Of a stretch of DNA of 64,000 nt, positions 19,861-29,079 are shown one piece after another. Under the pieces are notes generated by a model. It did no database searches. It saw only the letters and a list, made by a program, of their open reading frames with translations, and was not told the origin of the DNA. The DNA is taken from IMG/VR virus record IMGVR_UViG_3300042475_004859, positions 3,147 through 67,146 of that record. One strand, given 5' to 3'. The stretch is from a virus. Each line of letters begins with the position of its first letter. The stretch's first letter is position 1. The position numbers were made by a program, and so were the translations under genes.

Positions 19861-20001
19861 TTATTTTATTTTCTTTTTATTGTTTTTTCTGATTTGATGG
19901 GGGCGCGGTGACATTCTGCGTAATTCACCATTTGGCATTCTCATATACTCAGTTCCATCTTTAAACTTAAGTTTTTCACCTATATTTTTATTAATGTCCA
20001 T
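19861..20001 (-). CDS. small basic hypothetical protein (46 aa, not in the ORF track)
   Basis: MDINKNIGEKLKFKDGTEYMRMPNGELRRMSPRPHQIRKNNKKKIK fills the gap between two co-oriented genes. Confidence 0.55.
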   Translation of the reverse strand: MDINKNIGEKLKFKDGTEYMRMPNGELRRMSPRPHQIRKNNKKKIK

Positions 20002-20005
20002 AATA

Positions 20006-21088
20006 CTATTTTAAATTTGAAATAATTTGGTTAACCATTTTTTCAAATGTAAATTTTTGCTGTAACTCTAGACCTTTTTTATTAATTGGATTTTGTTTAA
20101 AACGCTGCTCGACTTTTTCAAAACCATCAATTAAATCATTTTCATTCCAATCAAATATATTTCCTTGATTATATTCCATTCCCTGTCTAAAAAACATATT
20201 ATCATAACATGGTATTTTACTTGAGGGGTTAATTAAAACAGCGTTATCTTCATTCATCCATTCTTTGTAAGCATGGGCGTTCAAACCTATACAATGTTTA
20301 CCAAGAGCTACTGACTGAAACTCTGGTAACCCCCAGCCTTCTCCACCACTCATTGCCATAACAATATCTGTATTATTTAAAGTATTATTATATACAGAAT
20401 TTTGTTGCATATAACTTAAGAAGTTTATGTTCCAATATGTTTTGCCTTCTAAAGCTTGTCCCAAAATATTATTTTGAATTTTGGGGTCAATAAATGGATT
20501 AAAAATAGCGCAATTTAAATAATAGCCATGCTGATTTCCGTATTTTTTTACCCAAGCTTGTAGAGCTTTGATATGCCTTTTTCTTTGTGGCTCTAACTTT
20601 CCGAATAATCCAAAATAAATTCCATCTTTATCTTTTGGTTTTTCTAATTTAAAATGAGTACTATCAAAAGCCAAAGGCAAATAATCAACATTATCAATTG
20701 AATAATTTTTATATACAGAAATTGAATAATTACTAGAAAATAAAACTTTTTTATTATTTTTTATAATATTGAGTTCTGTCAAAGTCGGAGAATCAACTTC
20801 ATAAAAAGTAAATAAAACCTGATTATTTGAATAACTTTCTAAACTACCATTTAAATGCCATAACTTAAATATGGGCCAATCTCTAGAAAACTTTTCTGTA
20901 GAAATTCTAATAGAATTTTGGATCCAATTAAAAAATTCTGGATCCTGTTCTTGTGTAGAAGCGTCTACATTTCCAATAGGAAATAGAATTATCTCTTCTT
21001 TCCTTTTAAAGAGTTCTCTTAAAATTCCAAAAGAGACCTGTCCAAAAGAGGTTGGATTTAAAGGTAGATTAAAAGCTAATTTAGACAC
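20006..21088 (-). CDS. glycosyltransferase, GT-B fold (GT4-like)
   Basis: FGKLEPQRKRH, SGGEGWGLPEFQSVALGK. Confidence 0.85.
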   Translation of the reverse strand: MSKLAFNLPLNPTSFGQVSFGILRELFKRKEEIILFPIGNVDASTQEQDPEFFNWIQNSIRISTEKFSRDWPIFKLWHLNGSLESYSNNQVLFTFYEVDSPTLTELNIIKNNKKVLFSSNYSISVYKNYSIDNVDYLPLAFDSTHFKLEKPKDKDGIYFGLFGKLEPQRKRHIKALQAWVKKYGNQHGYYLNCAIFNPFIDPKIQNNILGQALEGKTYWNINFLSYMQQNSVYNNTLNNTDIVMAMSGGEGWGLPEFQSVALGKHCIGLNAHAYKEWMNEDNAVLINPSSKIPCYDNMFFRQGMEYNQGNIFDWNENDLIDGFEKVEQRFKQNPINKKGLELQQKFTFEKMVNQIISNLK

Positions 21089-21091
21089 AAC

Positions 21092-21412
21092 TTAAAATGG
21101 AATCTCTTCGTTCTTACTTTCTTGCTTTACTGCTTCTTTTTGAGGGGTTGATTTCTTAGTAGAAATTGCTTTTTCTACAGAAGCTGGATTCATAACTGAA
21201 TCCCCATTCTTTGGCAAGTTATTGTCAAAATAAATTCGGTAATCGGGTTGTTTAGAACCTTCTTCTTTGTATTTATTTTTAAATACCATTACATTAATTT
21301 CTTCTCCAGACTTTGATTTAATCTTGCCTGTGAGGAATTGGTTTCCGGTTTTAGAAGTCTTGATCCAAAAGGCTCCAGCTTCTTCGAGTTTAGGTTTATC
21401 GTTTGTTTCCAT
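21092..21412 (-). CDS. DUF736-like protein with SSB-like acidic C-terminus
   Basis: GAFWIKTSKTGNQFLTG..KNKYK..QPDYRI core and terminal EEIPF. Confidence 0.6.
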   Translation of the reverse strand: METNDKPKLEEAGAFWIKTSKTGNQFLTGKIKSKSGEEINVMVFKNKYKEEGSKQPDYRIYFDNNLPKNGDSVMNPASVEKAISTKKSTPQKEAVKQESKNEEIPF

Positions 21413-21422
21413 AATGCTTATT

Positions 21423-21451
21423 ATAGTAGAATATATTTATTTATTTGTCAA
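21423..21451 (-). promoter_or_regulatory. sigma70-type promoter
   Basis: TTGACA-17 nt-TACTAT (overlapping TATAAT), 10 nt before ATG 21412. Confidence 0.7.
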
Positions 21452-22006
21452 TTTTTTTTTAGCAAAGTCTATAAATTTGTTATGCCAATTCAAAACTGTC
21501 TGAGGAGTTACTTTTAGTATATTCGCAATTTCAGCATAATTTAAAATACGATCTTTATTATAGAAGTATCTATAATAGATAGCATTTTTAGTGTTTGGAT
21601 CTGATATCTGATGAAATAAATCTGTAATTTTATTTATAATTTCTTTTTTATTAACAACGTTTTCTTTTTTATGAAAATCGTTAATAAAATATTCTAAGAT
21701 ATCATTCTCTGTTGTTACAAATTTATTATTTTTATTCTTAAAATTTAAACAGAAAAAACGAATTTGATTACCAAGCCAAGTTGAAAATTTACTACCCTTT
21801 TTAGGATCAAAAGATTTTGCAGCGTTAAAAATAATCCAGTATCTGTTGTCATTTAACTCATTGAGATCAAGGTTACATGAAGAACAGTATTTTTTTCCAA
21901 TATTAAAAATCATACCACCATGCCTGTTTACTAATTCTTTTAAACTATCATCACATTGATTTTCAATGATTTTTTTTATTAAAATATCATCTTTTAAAGA
22001 TCTCAT
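21437..22006 (-). CDS. phage RNA polymerase sigma factor (sigma70 family)
   Basis: Region 2 AAKSFDPKKGSKFSTW; region 4 HTH YAEIANILKVTPQTV. Confidence 0.85.
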   Translation of the reverse strand: MRSLKDDILIKKIIENQCDDSLKELVNRHGGMIFNIGKKYCSSCNLDLNELNDNRYWIIFNAAKSFDPKKGSKFSTWLGNQIRFFCLNFKNKNNKFVTTENDILEYFINDFHKKENVVNKKEIINKITDLFHQISDPNTKNAIYYRYFYNKDRILNYAEIANILKVTPQTVLNWHNKFIDFAKKKLTNK

Positions 22007-22013
22007 TTTAATG

Positions 22014-22042
22014 AAAATAGCACGTATTTATTTAACTGTCAA
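22014..22042 (-). promoter_or_regulatory. sigma70-type promoter of the sigma factor gene
   Basis: TTGACA-17 nt-TATTTT with an extended TG, 7 nt before ATG 22006. Confidence 0.65.
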
Positions 22043-22079
22043 ATAAAAAATTTGATTTTTTTAAAAAACATAATATTAT

Positions 22080-22129
22080 TTTTGTGAGCAAGGCGAACAA
22101 AATCGAGACCGAACGAAGTGAGGTTTCGA
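22080..22129. other. two adjacent hairpins in the divergent intergenic region
   Basis: TTTTGT-gagcaaggcga-ACAAAA directly followed by TCGAGACC-gaacgaagtga-GGTTTCGA (one G.T pair). Confidence 0.6.
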
Positions 22130-22169
22130 AATACAAGAATGTTCCTTTAGTTTAGTTTTTTTTATACTT

Positions 22170-22568
22170 ATGTCAAGTTTATTATTTATTTTACTCTGTT
22201 CTATTGGGGCGTTAATTATTCATTTATGGTTTTATTCAGATTTTTTTGCATACTACGTAAAATCTTTAAAATTAATAATTCCAACCCCAATTTATAATTG
22301 GCTTTTAATTGAAGATTATTTTAATAATAACGATCCTAATTTAATCACAAATAGTTATATTGAATTTCTTTTTATTAAAAGAGCTTTTGAGCCGTCATTT
22401 AAAGTGCAATTTTTTTTAAAACTATTTTCTTGTATTACTTGTTTTTCTACGTGGGTCGCATTAGTAATATCATTATTTTTCTTTAATATTTTATATATAG
22501 GTTTAATTTTTATTGTGTTACGTGTTTTAGATTTTATTCTTAGATTTGTATCGCAAAAAACAATATAA
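22170..22568 (+). CDS. membrane protein with CxxC (DUF1360-like)
   Basis: Hydrophobic segments at both ends and KLFSCITCFSTWV. Confidence 0.55.
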   Translation: MSSLLFILLCSIGALIIHLWFYSDFFAYYVKSLKLIIPTPIYNWLLIEDYFNNNDPNLITNSYIEFLFIKRAFEPSFKVQFFLKLFSCITCFSTWVALVISLFFFNILYIGLIFIVLRVLDFILRFVSQKTI

Positions 22569-22569
22569 T
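22541..22569 (+). promoter_or_regulatory. sigma70-type promoter, probably leaderless mRNA
   Basis: TAGATT-17 nt-TATAAT, 6 nt before ATG 22576. Confidence 0.5.
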
Positions 22570-22575
22570 ACAGAT

Positions 22576-23010
22576 ATGAAAAAATTAGAATTTTGTAAAC
22601 CTACGAAATCAGTAACTGGTTCGTGGATAACTTTTGGGTTAACACAAGACCAAGAAGATCAAAAGAAAAATGGTTTTTATGTAAATATGATTCGTCAAGC
22701 GGGTTGGAATGATGAAACTAAAAATGGAACGTTTAAAGATAATGTAAACAATCCTGAAAAGCATAAAAGAATTAAACTAAGTGAAAACGATATTGCAGAA
22801 ACATTGCTGGTCTTACAATCAAACGGGACTAAAAAGTGGTCAACTGTTCATGCTGGTAAAACTCCTATTTTTTTAGAGCCTTTTATTAGAGAAGACAAAC
22901 ATGTAGGATATTTAATTAAATTAGGCGGGATCGGAATTGCTCTAAATTTTGCAGAGACGCTTCGTTTACAAGAATATTTAAAATTGACTTTACAACAAAT
23001 GTATTTATAA
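22576..23010 (+). CDS. hypothetical protein, possibly a Whirly/PC4-like ssDNA-binding fold
   Basis: Duplicated beta-sheet plus helix pattern (RIKLSENDIAE; IALNFAETLRL); fold is inferred. Confidence 0.45.
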   Translation: MKKLEFCKPTKSVTGSWITFGLTQDQEDQKKNGFYVNMIRQAGWNDETKNGTFKDNVNNPEKHKRIKLSENDIAETLLVLQSNGTKKWSTVHAGKTPIFLEPFIREDKHVGYLIKLGGIGIALNFAETLRLQEYLKLTLQQMYL

Positions 23011-23019
23011 TACATTAAT

Positions 23020-24939
23020 ATGCGTAAAAAAAGAGTTTTATTTTTAACAGATTACGCTGGAGCTTTTACTGGGTTCGGTAAACAATGCAAATTATTATTA
23101 TCTTATTTATATAGTCAAAATAAATACGAAATTATTAATATAGCGCAAGGCGTCCCTAAAGAAGGACCTCAGTTAAAAAAATATCCCTGGATCACAGAAG
23201 GTGTTGTTCCAACAGATCCAAACCAAATTCAAAGAATTAATCAAGATCCGAATTTAGCTAGAAATGCTGCATATGGAGCCCTAGAGATTGAAAACTATGT
23301 AAAAAAATATAAACCAGATGTTGTTTTTTCAATTAATGATACTTGGGGGTCACAATTCGTTGTTGACATGCCTTTCTTTGAAAAGATTCCGACTGTTTGT
23401 TGGAATACATTTGATTCGCTACCATTATTGCCAGACACAATTCAAAAAGCTCCAAAAATTAAAAACTATTGGACATGGAGTGATTTTGCTAAAAAAGAAT
23501 TCCACAAACATGGATTTAATCATGTAAAAAATCAATACCCATTAGTTAATACAAAAAACTTTTATAAACTTCCGGATTTTAAGATTTTAGAAATAAAAGC
23601 ACGTTTTGGCATACCTCAAGACGCATTTATTATTGGCTTCGTGTTTAGAAACCAATTACGCAAATTAATTAACACCCAAATCGAGGCATACGCTCTTTTT
23701 AAAAAGCACAATCCTGAAATTAAAAATACATTTTTATATACACATACTCATTATGGCGAAGGTTGGGATATACATCGCCTATGTCAACAATACGGAGTAG
23801 ATCCAAAAGAAGTTCTGTGTACATATGTATGTAAAGAAACAAAAAATTATTTTATTGCACCGTTTCATGGTCAAGATATCGAGAACCCAATAACAAAAAG
23901 AAAAACGTTAATTACCCCAAATGTTAATTTTGGAGTAACCGACGAACAATTAAACGAAATATATAATATATTTTCATTGTATTCTCATCCGGCGACGTCT
24001 GGTGCTTGCGAACTTCCATGTATGGAAGCAGCTTTGACAGAGAAAATTATTGTAACTTCATCTTATTCTTTTGGTGAGGATATTATAGAATTAAATAAAG
24101 GTAGTATTGATGTTAAATATACCTTTTACACAGAACATGGAACTCAATTTTTAAAGTCTCAACCGTCTGCATATGAACTTTCCAAAGTATTTAAAAAAGT
24201 TTATGAAATGAAACCTCAGACTAAGCGTCAAATGGAATTAAACTCTAGACAATGGGCTTTAGAAAATTATTCTATAGAAAACAATGGTAAAAAAATAGAA
24301 GAATTTATTGACAGCTGCGAATTGTTAGATGAGTCTGTTTTTAACTTTGAAGACAATAAAACTTTACCAAACCCAGAAGCTGTTATCCCATCTAATAATG
24401 ACGATAGAGAATGGATAAAATCTTTATATAAATTAATTCTAGCAAGAGAAGTTACTGAAGAAGATGAGGGGTTACAGCATTGGTTACATAAATTATCTCA
24501 GAATGCTCCTAAAGAGCAAATTGAAAATTATTTTCGACAAGTAGCATCAGAAGAAATCAGTAAAAACCAAAAATTAGATTTAAGTTCATTTTTTGATAAT
24601 GATCCAAAATATAAAAAAGTATTAATAATACAACCAGAAAGTATTGGGGATATATTTTTACTTACCGCCACATTTGAATCTTTAAGAGACCGATATCCTA
24701 TAGAAGAATATAAACTATATATAGCAACAAAACCAGAATATAAAGATCTTATAGATGGAAATCCATTTATAGATAAATGGGTTCCTTATCATCCAGCAAT
24801 GGATTCCATTTTATTAATGGAAGGTAATGACCAAAATAATGGGTATTGTGATATTGTATATTACCCATATTTTTCTACACAAAGACTTCTTGATTATATG
24901 CACAATGGAATTGATAAAATTGATTTAGAATTAAAATAA
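23020..24939 (+). CDS. multidomain glycosyltransferase: GT4-like + small helical domain + N-terminal half of GT9
   Basis: TGFG, RNQLRK, HPATSGACELPCMEAA; then LYKLILARE..GLQHW; then VLIIQPESIGDIFL..ATKPEYKDLIDGNPFID. Confidence 0.8.
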   Translation: MRKKRVLFLTDYAGAFTGFGKQCKLLLSYLYSQNKYEIINIAQGVPKEGPQLKKYPWITEGVVPTDPNQIQRINQDPNLARNAAYGALEIENYVKKYKPDVVFSINDTWGSQFVVDMPFFEKIPTVCWNTFDSLPLLPDTIQKAPKIKNYWTWSDFAKKEFHKHGFNHVKNQYPLVNTKNFYKLPDFKILEIKARFGIPQDAFIIGFVFRNQLRKLINTQIEAYALFKKHNPEIKNTFLYTHTHYGEGWDIHRLCQQYGVDPKEVLCTYVCKETKNYFIAPFHGQDIENPITKRKTLITPNVNFGVTDEQLNEIYNIFSLYSHPATSGACELPCMEAALTEKIIVTSSYSFGEDIIELNKGSIDVKYTFYTEHGTQFLKSQPSAYELSKVFKKVYEMKPQTKRQMELNSRQWALENYSIENNGKKIEEFIDSCELLDESVFNFEDNKTLPNPEAVIPSNNDDREWIKSLYKLILAREVTEEDEGLQHWLHKLSQNAPKEQIENYFRQVASEEISKNQKLDLSSFFDNDPKYKKVLIIQPESIGDIFLLTATFESLRDRYPIEEYKLYIATKPEYKDLIDGNPFIDKWVPYHPAMDSILLMEGNDQNNGYCDIVYYPYFSTQRLLDYMHNGIDKIDLELK

Positions 24940-24940
24940 T

Positions 24941-26140
24941 ATGCACTTATTAGATACATACGCATTAAGAACTGGTAGTAAAGTTAAAAAACCTTTTATA
25001 GTCAAAAAATTTTTTCCGCTACCTGTAGAGAAATACATAACTATACAAAATAGTAGTGGTATGGCAGCAAAGTGTTATGATTATTTTCAGGAAGTACTTT
25101 TATATTTAATTGATAAGCTAGACGCCCAAGGGTATAGAATAGTCCAAATTGGTAATAAAGACGATAAAGGGTTAGCGGGAGCTATTAATCTCTGTGGTCA
25201 AACAAATATTAACCAAACAGCCTTTATATTAAATAATTCTTCATTGCATATTGGGAATGATAGTTTTGCTATTCATATGGCTAGCGCATTTAATGTCCCA
25301 TGCGTTGGTTTATATGGGATTACATATCCAAATATTGCTGGACCGTATTGGAATAAAGAAAATTCTATTTGTATAACTCCGGAAAATTTTAAAGCAAGTT
25401 TTAATCCAAACGAGTCACCTAAAAAAGTTAATTCTATTAAGCCAGAAATTATTATTGAAGCCGTTAATAATTTATTGCTAAAAAATAGTGAAAATATAAA
25501 TTTAAAAACCAAATTTATTGGCCCAAGATACTTAAATCCAGTTTTAGAAGTTTTTCCAGATCAAGTTGTTCCACCAAATTTATTACCAAATCAAATGGCT
25601 AATATTCGTTTAGATTATAAAAATGAGCTAACAGAAAACGATTATAACAGTATTTTTAGTAATTTAAATATACGACCATCCGCAATTATAACAGATAAAA
25701 AATTTGATATTAGTTTATTTTTAGGGGTCAAGGATCGTATTACTCAAGTAATATATAATATTACAAATTCTATTGATATGGAATTTATTAGTAATTTATT
25801 TAATTTTAATATTAACTGTACTTTTGTATTTGAGAATAATGGTAAAAATATTGATATTTTAAATCAAAGAAAACTAGATTTAATTGAATATCCAGTATTG
25901 ATACAAGAAATTGAATCTATTAATGAAAATATAATTAAAGATCTTTCCAAAGAAGACAATTTATTATATAGCTCAAAAAAAATATTATTTGCTAACCAAA
26001 GAATGTATGCAAGTAAACATGCGTTTCATAAAAATCAGGAATTAGGAAACAATCTTAGATTATTAGATATACCCCTTTCTAAAGACGATCTCGTTGATGT
26101 CGGTCTAGAATTAGGAGAATTTTTTATATATACAAAATAG
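24941..26140 (+). CDS. GT9 C-terminal half plus an unknown domain
   Basis: IVQIG, NLCGQTNINQTAFILNNSSLHIGNDSFAIHMASAFNVPCVGLYG. Confidence 0.8.
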   Translation: MHLLDTYALRTGSKVKKPFIVKKFFPLPVEKYITIQNSSGMAAKCYDYFQEVLLYLIDKLDAQGYRIVQIGNKDDKGLAGAINLCGQTNINQTAFILNNSSLHIGNDSFAIHMASAFNVPCVGLYGITYPNIAGPYWNKENSICITPENFKASFNPNESPKKVNSIKPEIIIEAVNNLLLKNSENINLKTKFIGPRYLNPVLEVFPDQVVPPNLLPNQMANIRLDYKNELTENDYNSIFSNLNIRPSAIITDKKFDISLFLGVKDRITQVIYNITNSIDMEFISNLFNFNINCTFVFENNGKNIDILNQRKLDLIEYPVLIQEIESINENIIKDLSKEDNLLYSSKKILFANQRMYASKHAFHKNQELGNNLRLLDIPLSKDDLVDVGLELGEFFIYTK

Positions 26141-26141
26141 T

Positions 26142-26170
26142 TTGACAAATAAATCATTTTTTACTATACT
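26142..26170 (+). promoter_or_regulatory. sigma70-type promoter, probably leaderless mRNA
   Basis: TTGACA-17 nt-TATACT, 6 nt before ATG 26177. Confidence 0.75.
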
Positions 26171-26176
26171 TCTGCC

Positions 26177-26929
26177 ATGTCAGATAAAATAGTATATCGT
26201 TATAAAGATACAGTAAATAAATTTAAAAGAGACGTTAATGGTCTTTTAGAATGTATTGATTATACTTTTAACGAAGACAATACAATCAATTGGAGATCAA
26301 TGATTAATAAAGAACATCTTGTCCCCAACCGAGATTCTTTTAAGAGTCAAAAAGATATAAATCTTAAAGAAATTGATGTTTCAACATTAGCAGATAATCA
26401 ATTGCTTATCCTCCTTGCTGGAATAAAAGAGCTTGCTCAAATTCGTGGATATACAAATGTAAATTACGATGTTATTCAAGCCCAACCTGACTATGTAGCT
26501 GTAAAATGTACTATTAATTGGTTCCCAAACTACGAAACTGGGATGGAGTCTGTTTCATTTTCGGCTCTCGCTGATGCCCATCTTGATAACACAAAAGATT
26601 TTGCTAAAAACTTTTTGATGGCTATCGCAGAAAATAGAGCTTTCATCCGTGCTGTTCGTAGTTTTCTTAAAATTAATATTGTCGGAAATGACGAAATGGG
26701 TAAAACTACACATGTAGATATAGATGTAGAACCTAACACGTTTGTTACTCAACCCGTATCTTTATTACAAAAAACAATGGAAGAACACAATATTACTTTT
26801 GAACAAATTAAAGACAGGGCAATTCAAAAAAATATGGATGGAGCAGGTTTGTGGTCAAATATCAATGACATTCCACCTTTATCAATGTTTACTATTATTA
26901 GTGGCATCAAGAATAAAAACAAAAAATAA
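26177..26929 (+). CDS. putative Rad52/Sak-like single-strand annealing protein
   Basis: VAVKCTINW..FSALADA..MAIAENRAFIRAVR resembles the Rad52-fold core. Confidence 0.5.
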   Translation: MSDKIVYRYKDTVNKFKRDVNGLLECIDYTFNEDNTINWRSMINKEHLVPNRDSFKSQKDINLKEIDVSTLADNQLLILLAGIKELAQIRGYTNVNYDVIQAQPDYVAVKCTINWFPNYETGMESVSFSALADAHLDNTKDFAKNFLMAIAENRAFIRAVRSFLKINIVGNDEMGKTTHVDIDVEPNTFVTQPVSLLQKTMEEHNITFEQIKDRAIQKNMDGAGLWSNINDIPPLSMFTIISGIKNKNKK

Positions 26930-26933
26930 ATAT

Positions 26934-27506
26934 TTAAGATTTTCTTTTCGGTGGAGGAGTCGGCCCTCTTTTAAAATTTCTTAAAGCATTTTTAAGTTTC
27001 CGTTCTTCCTCTCTCGTATCTTTAAAATTTTGAGATTTCTTAAAATTTCCAGACATCACACCATCGTAAATAATATCAGACTTTTCTTTTTCGCTTGCTT
27101 GATCATAATCTCTTTTTCTATCATTATCTTCTAATGCTTGATTTAGATAATTATCAGTATCTCTAATTGCGTTTTCTATTTTAAGATTACCTTCGTTTAC
27201 TAATTTTAAATTTGCTAAAAATTTAGCGCGCTCATCTGGTGATTCGCCTATTATATCACTAAAAAGATCATTTACTAAACCTTGCACATCTATCTGGATA
27301 TCATCATTAGCAGATAGGTTTTCATAACCTTCATATGAACAAGCTTTACTAAGAGCGTCATTATAAGCCTCTTCTCTATCAACACCTAAACCTTCTAAAG
27401 TATTTGCTACAGCGTCAACGGCCGTTTTTACTCCAATATTATTTCCACAGTCTCCTTGATCGCAAGCCCTTGATTTTTTCTCAAAATAAAATCTATAACA
27501 ACTCAT
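26934..27506 (-). CDS. hypothetical protein
   Basis: 190 aa, helical and charged; GTGTAA motif 9 nt upstream. Confidence 0.6.
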   Translation of the reverse strand: MSCYRFYFEKKSRACDQGDCGNNIGVKTAVDAVANTLEGLGVDREEAYNDALSKACSYEGYENLSANDDIQIDVQGLVNDLFSDIIGESPDERAKFLANLKLVNEGNLKIENAIRDTDNYLNQALEDNDRKRDYDQASEKEKSDIIYDGVMSGNFKKSQNFKDTREEERKLKNALRNFKRGPTPPPKRKS

Positions 27507-27515
27507 ATTAAATAT

Positions 27516-27521
27516 TTACAC
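27516..27521 (-). promoter_or_regulatory. GTGTAA candidate phage late-promoter motif (one of at least seven copies)
   Basis: Also at 15990-95, 34337-42, 34424-29, 40203-08, 43728-33, 60318-23; mostly 8-14 nt upstream of an ATG. Confidence 0.55.
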
Positions 27522-28453
27522 TAATTTGAAGAACTTGACGAAGAATCTTGTCCGATAGACACGCTTCCAAAAATTGCAAAAGTATTTAAATTTCCTCCAC
27601 CAAATAATGGAATAACATTACCAAGAAAATTTATCCCTCCAATAGTGGGGGAGGATAATGGTGCGCTAGTGGAGATAAGATCAAAAGCAGTAGCATTATC
27701 TGCATTTGTTAAAGCGGCTGAAAATAATGGGTCTTGAATTACAATTGCAGATTGAAAAGAAACAGAGCCCCCTAATAAAATACCTCCAACACCCCCCGCA
27801 CTTTGATTAACAGGACTTCTTAAAAATATAAGAATCTTAGGCCAATACTGTCTTTTTACATAAACGATATCAGCAAAATTTATAAGGACCGCGCCTTGAG
27901 AAGATAAAAACCTATGATATAAACCTGGGGTAACCAACGAACCTTCTGTTGGATTCTTATTTCTAGAAACTAGATAATTTTTTTTTATTTCTAGGTCAAG
28001 ATCTAAAGCATTTGGGGTTTTATTATTTCCATTAGATGACGAGGTAGAATTAGAACCCCCATTTGAATCAAAAAATTCTGATTGTGTTTGATTATAATAA
28101 ACACCATCTCTTGATTTACGAATTTTTTTACTAAAAATTGAAATAGCTTTAGTATCTCCGTTTAAAAATGCTGGAATTGGAGTTGCTGCAGCAGCTGAAG
28201 CCACACCAGCAGTTGCTCCAAGAATCGTACCTGTTGCACCCCCTCCTAATAAAAAAGCTTCAAAAGTAAAATCAAGCAAGGGCACGGCAGCAACAGCTAC
28301 TTTAAATTTTTTTACAGTCCAGTATAGTTTAGCAAGTAACTCTAAGTTAACAAAGCCTGCCGGTCTTTCTGTTCCAGGTCCTACCGCTAAACCTCGTTCT
28401 GGTAAATTATCTGGGTTATATGGTATAACTTGTCCGTATGTATGAATATTCAT
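27521..28453 (-). CDS. hypothetical protein, probably virion-associated
   Basis: 310 aa with Gly/Ala hydrophobic segments and a Ser-rich tail. Confidence 0.55.
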   Translation of the reverse strand: MNIHTYGQVIPYNPDNLPERGLAVGPGTERPAGFVNLELLAKLYWTVKKFKVAVAAVPLLDFTFEAFLLGGGATGTILGATAGVASAAAATPIPAFLNGDTKAISIFSKKIRKSRDGVYYNQTQSEFFDSNGGSNSTSSSNGNNKTPNALDLDLEIKKNYLVSRNKNPTEGSLVTPGLYHRFLSSQGAVLINFADIVYVKRQYWPKILIFLRSPVNQSAGGVGGILLGGSVSFQSAIVIQDPLFSAALTNADNATAFDLISTSAPLSSPTIGGINFLGNVIPLFGGGNLNTFAIFGSVSIGQDSSSSSSN

Positions 28454-28455
28454 TA

Positions 28456-29073
28456 TTATGTATTAAAAATAGATTGTATATGCGTGAGCCCTCCATAGAA
28501 ATATGGAACGGCAATTAAACCCGGAGCAGAATCAACAATACTACCAAGTAATATAATGTTTTCTCTTAAAATTTGAATTGCGGAAGTATTTTCATCGAGT
28601 CCCATTGGTGAATTTCCGTTTTTATTTGAATCATCGCCCCTGTATCCTATCAATATATATAACTTTGTTTGTCTTCGATTATCGGGAAGTTTTAAAATTC
28701 TTCCTGGATTCCAGGGGAATTGGTCTTGTTGCTCTCTTTCTTCTGTTGTAAGGTCGGGCTCTATTAAGGCTGGAAATGGATAATATTTCCAATTCTCATC
28801 GGTATTAACTTCAGTACATTTTATTTCTGCATAGTATGGTTGTAAATATTCATCTATATCTATATCTATATAAACCTTATGATTTGGTTTTAAATCGAAT
28901 TCTTCTTGCAGACCTTGAATTCGAACACTACTACTATAGTTTAATGAAAAAGTGCTAAAGACAAACCCAAGAGAGACATAATATGGGTTATCGAATCCAT
29001 CATCTGACCCACCCACAAGTTCAAAAGCTGGTCTCTCATAAATTTTTTCCCAAGTATGTTTAGGATAGCCCAT
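28456..29073 (-). CDS. hypothetical protein, paralog of 29080..29751
   Basis: Shared RQ.K.Y.LIGY..DDSNKNG, QIL.ENI.L and PYF.GGLTH. Confidence 0.7.
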   Translation of the reverse strand: MGYPKHTWEKIYERPAFELVGGSDDGFDNPYYVSLGFVFSTFSLNYSSSVRIQGLQEEFDLKPNHKVYIDIDIDEYLQPYYAEIKCTEVNTDENWKYYPFPALIEPDLTTEEREQQDQFPWNPGRILKLPDNRRQTKLYILIGYRGDDSNKNGNSPMGLDENTSAIQILRENIILLGSIVDSAPGLIAVPYFYGGLTHIQSIFNT

Positions 29074-29079
29074 GATTTA

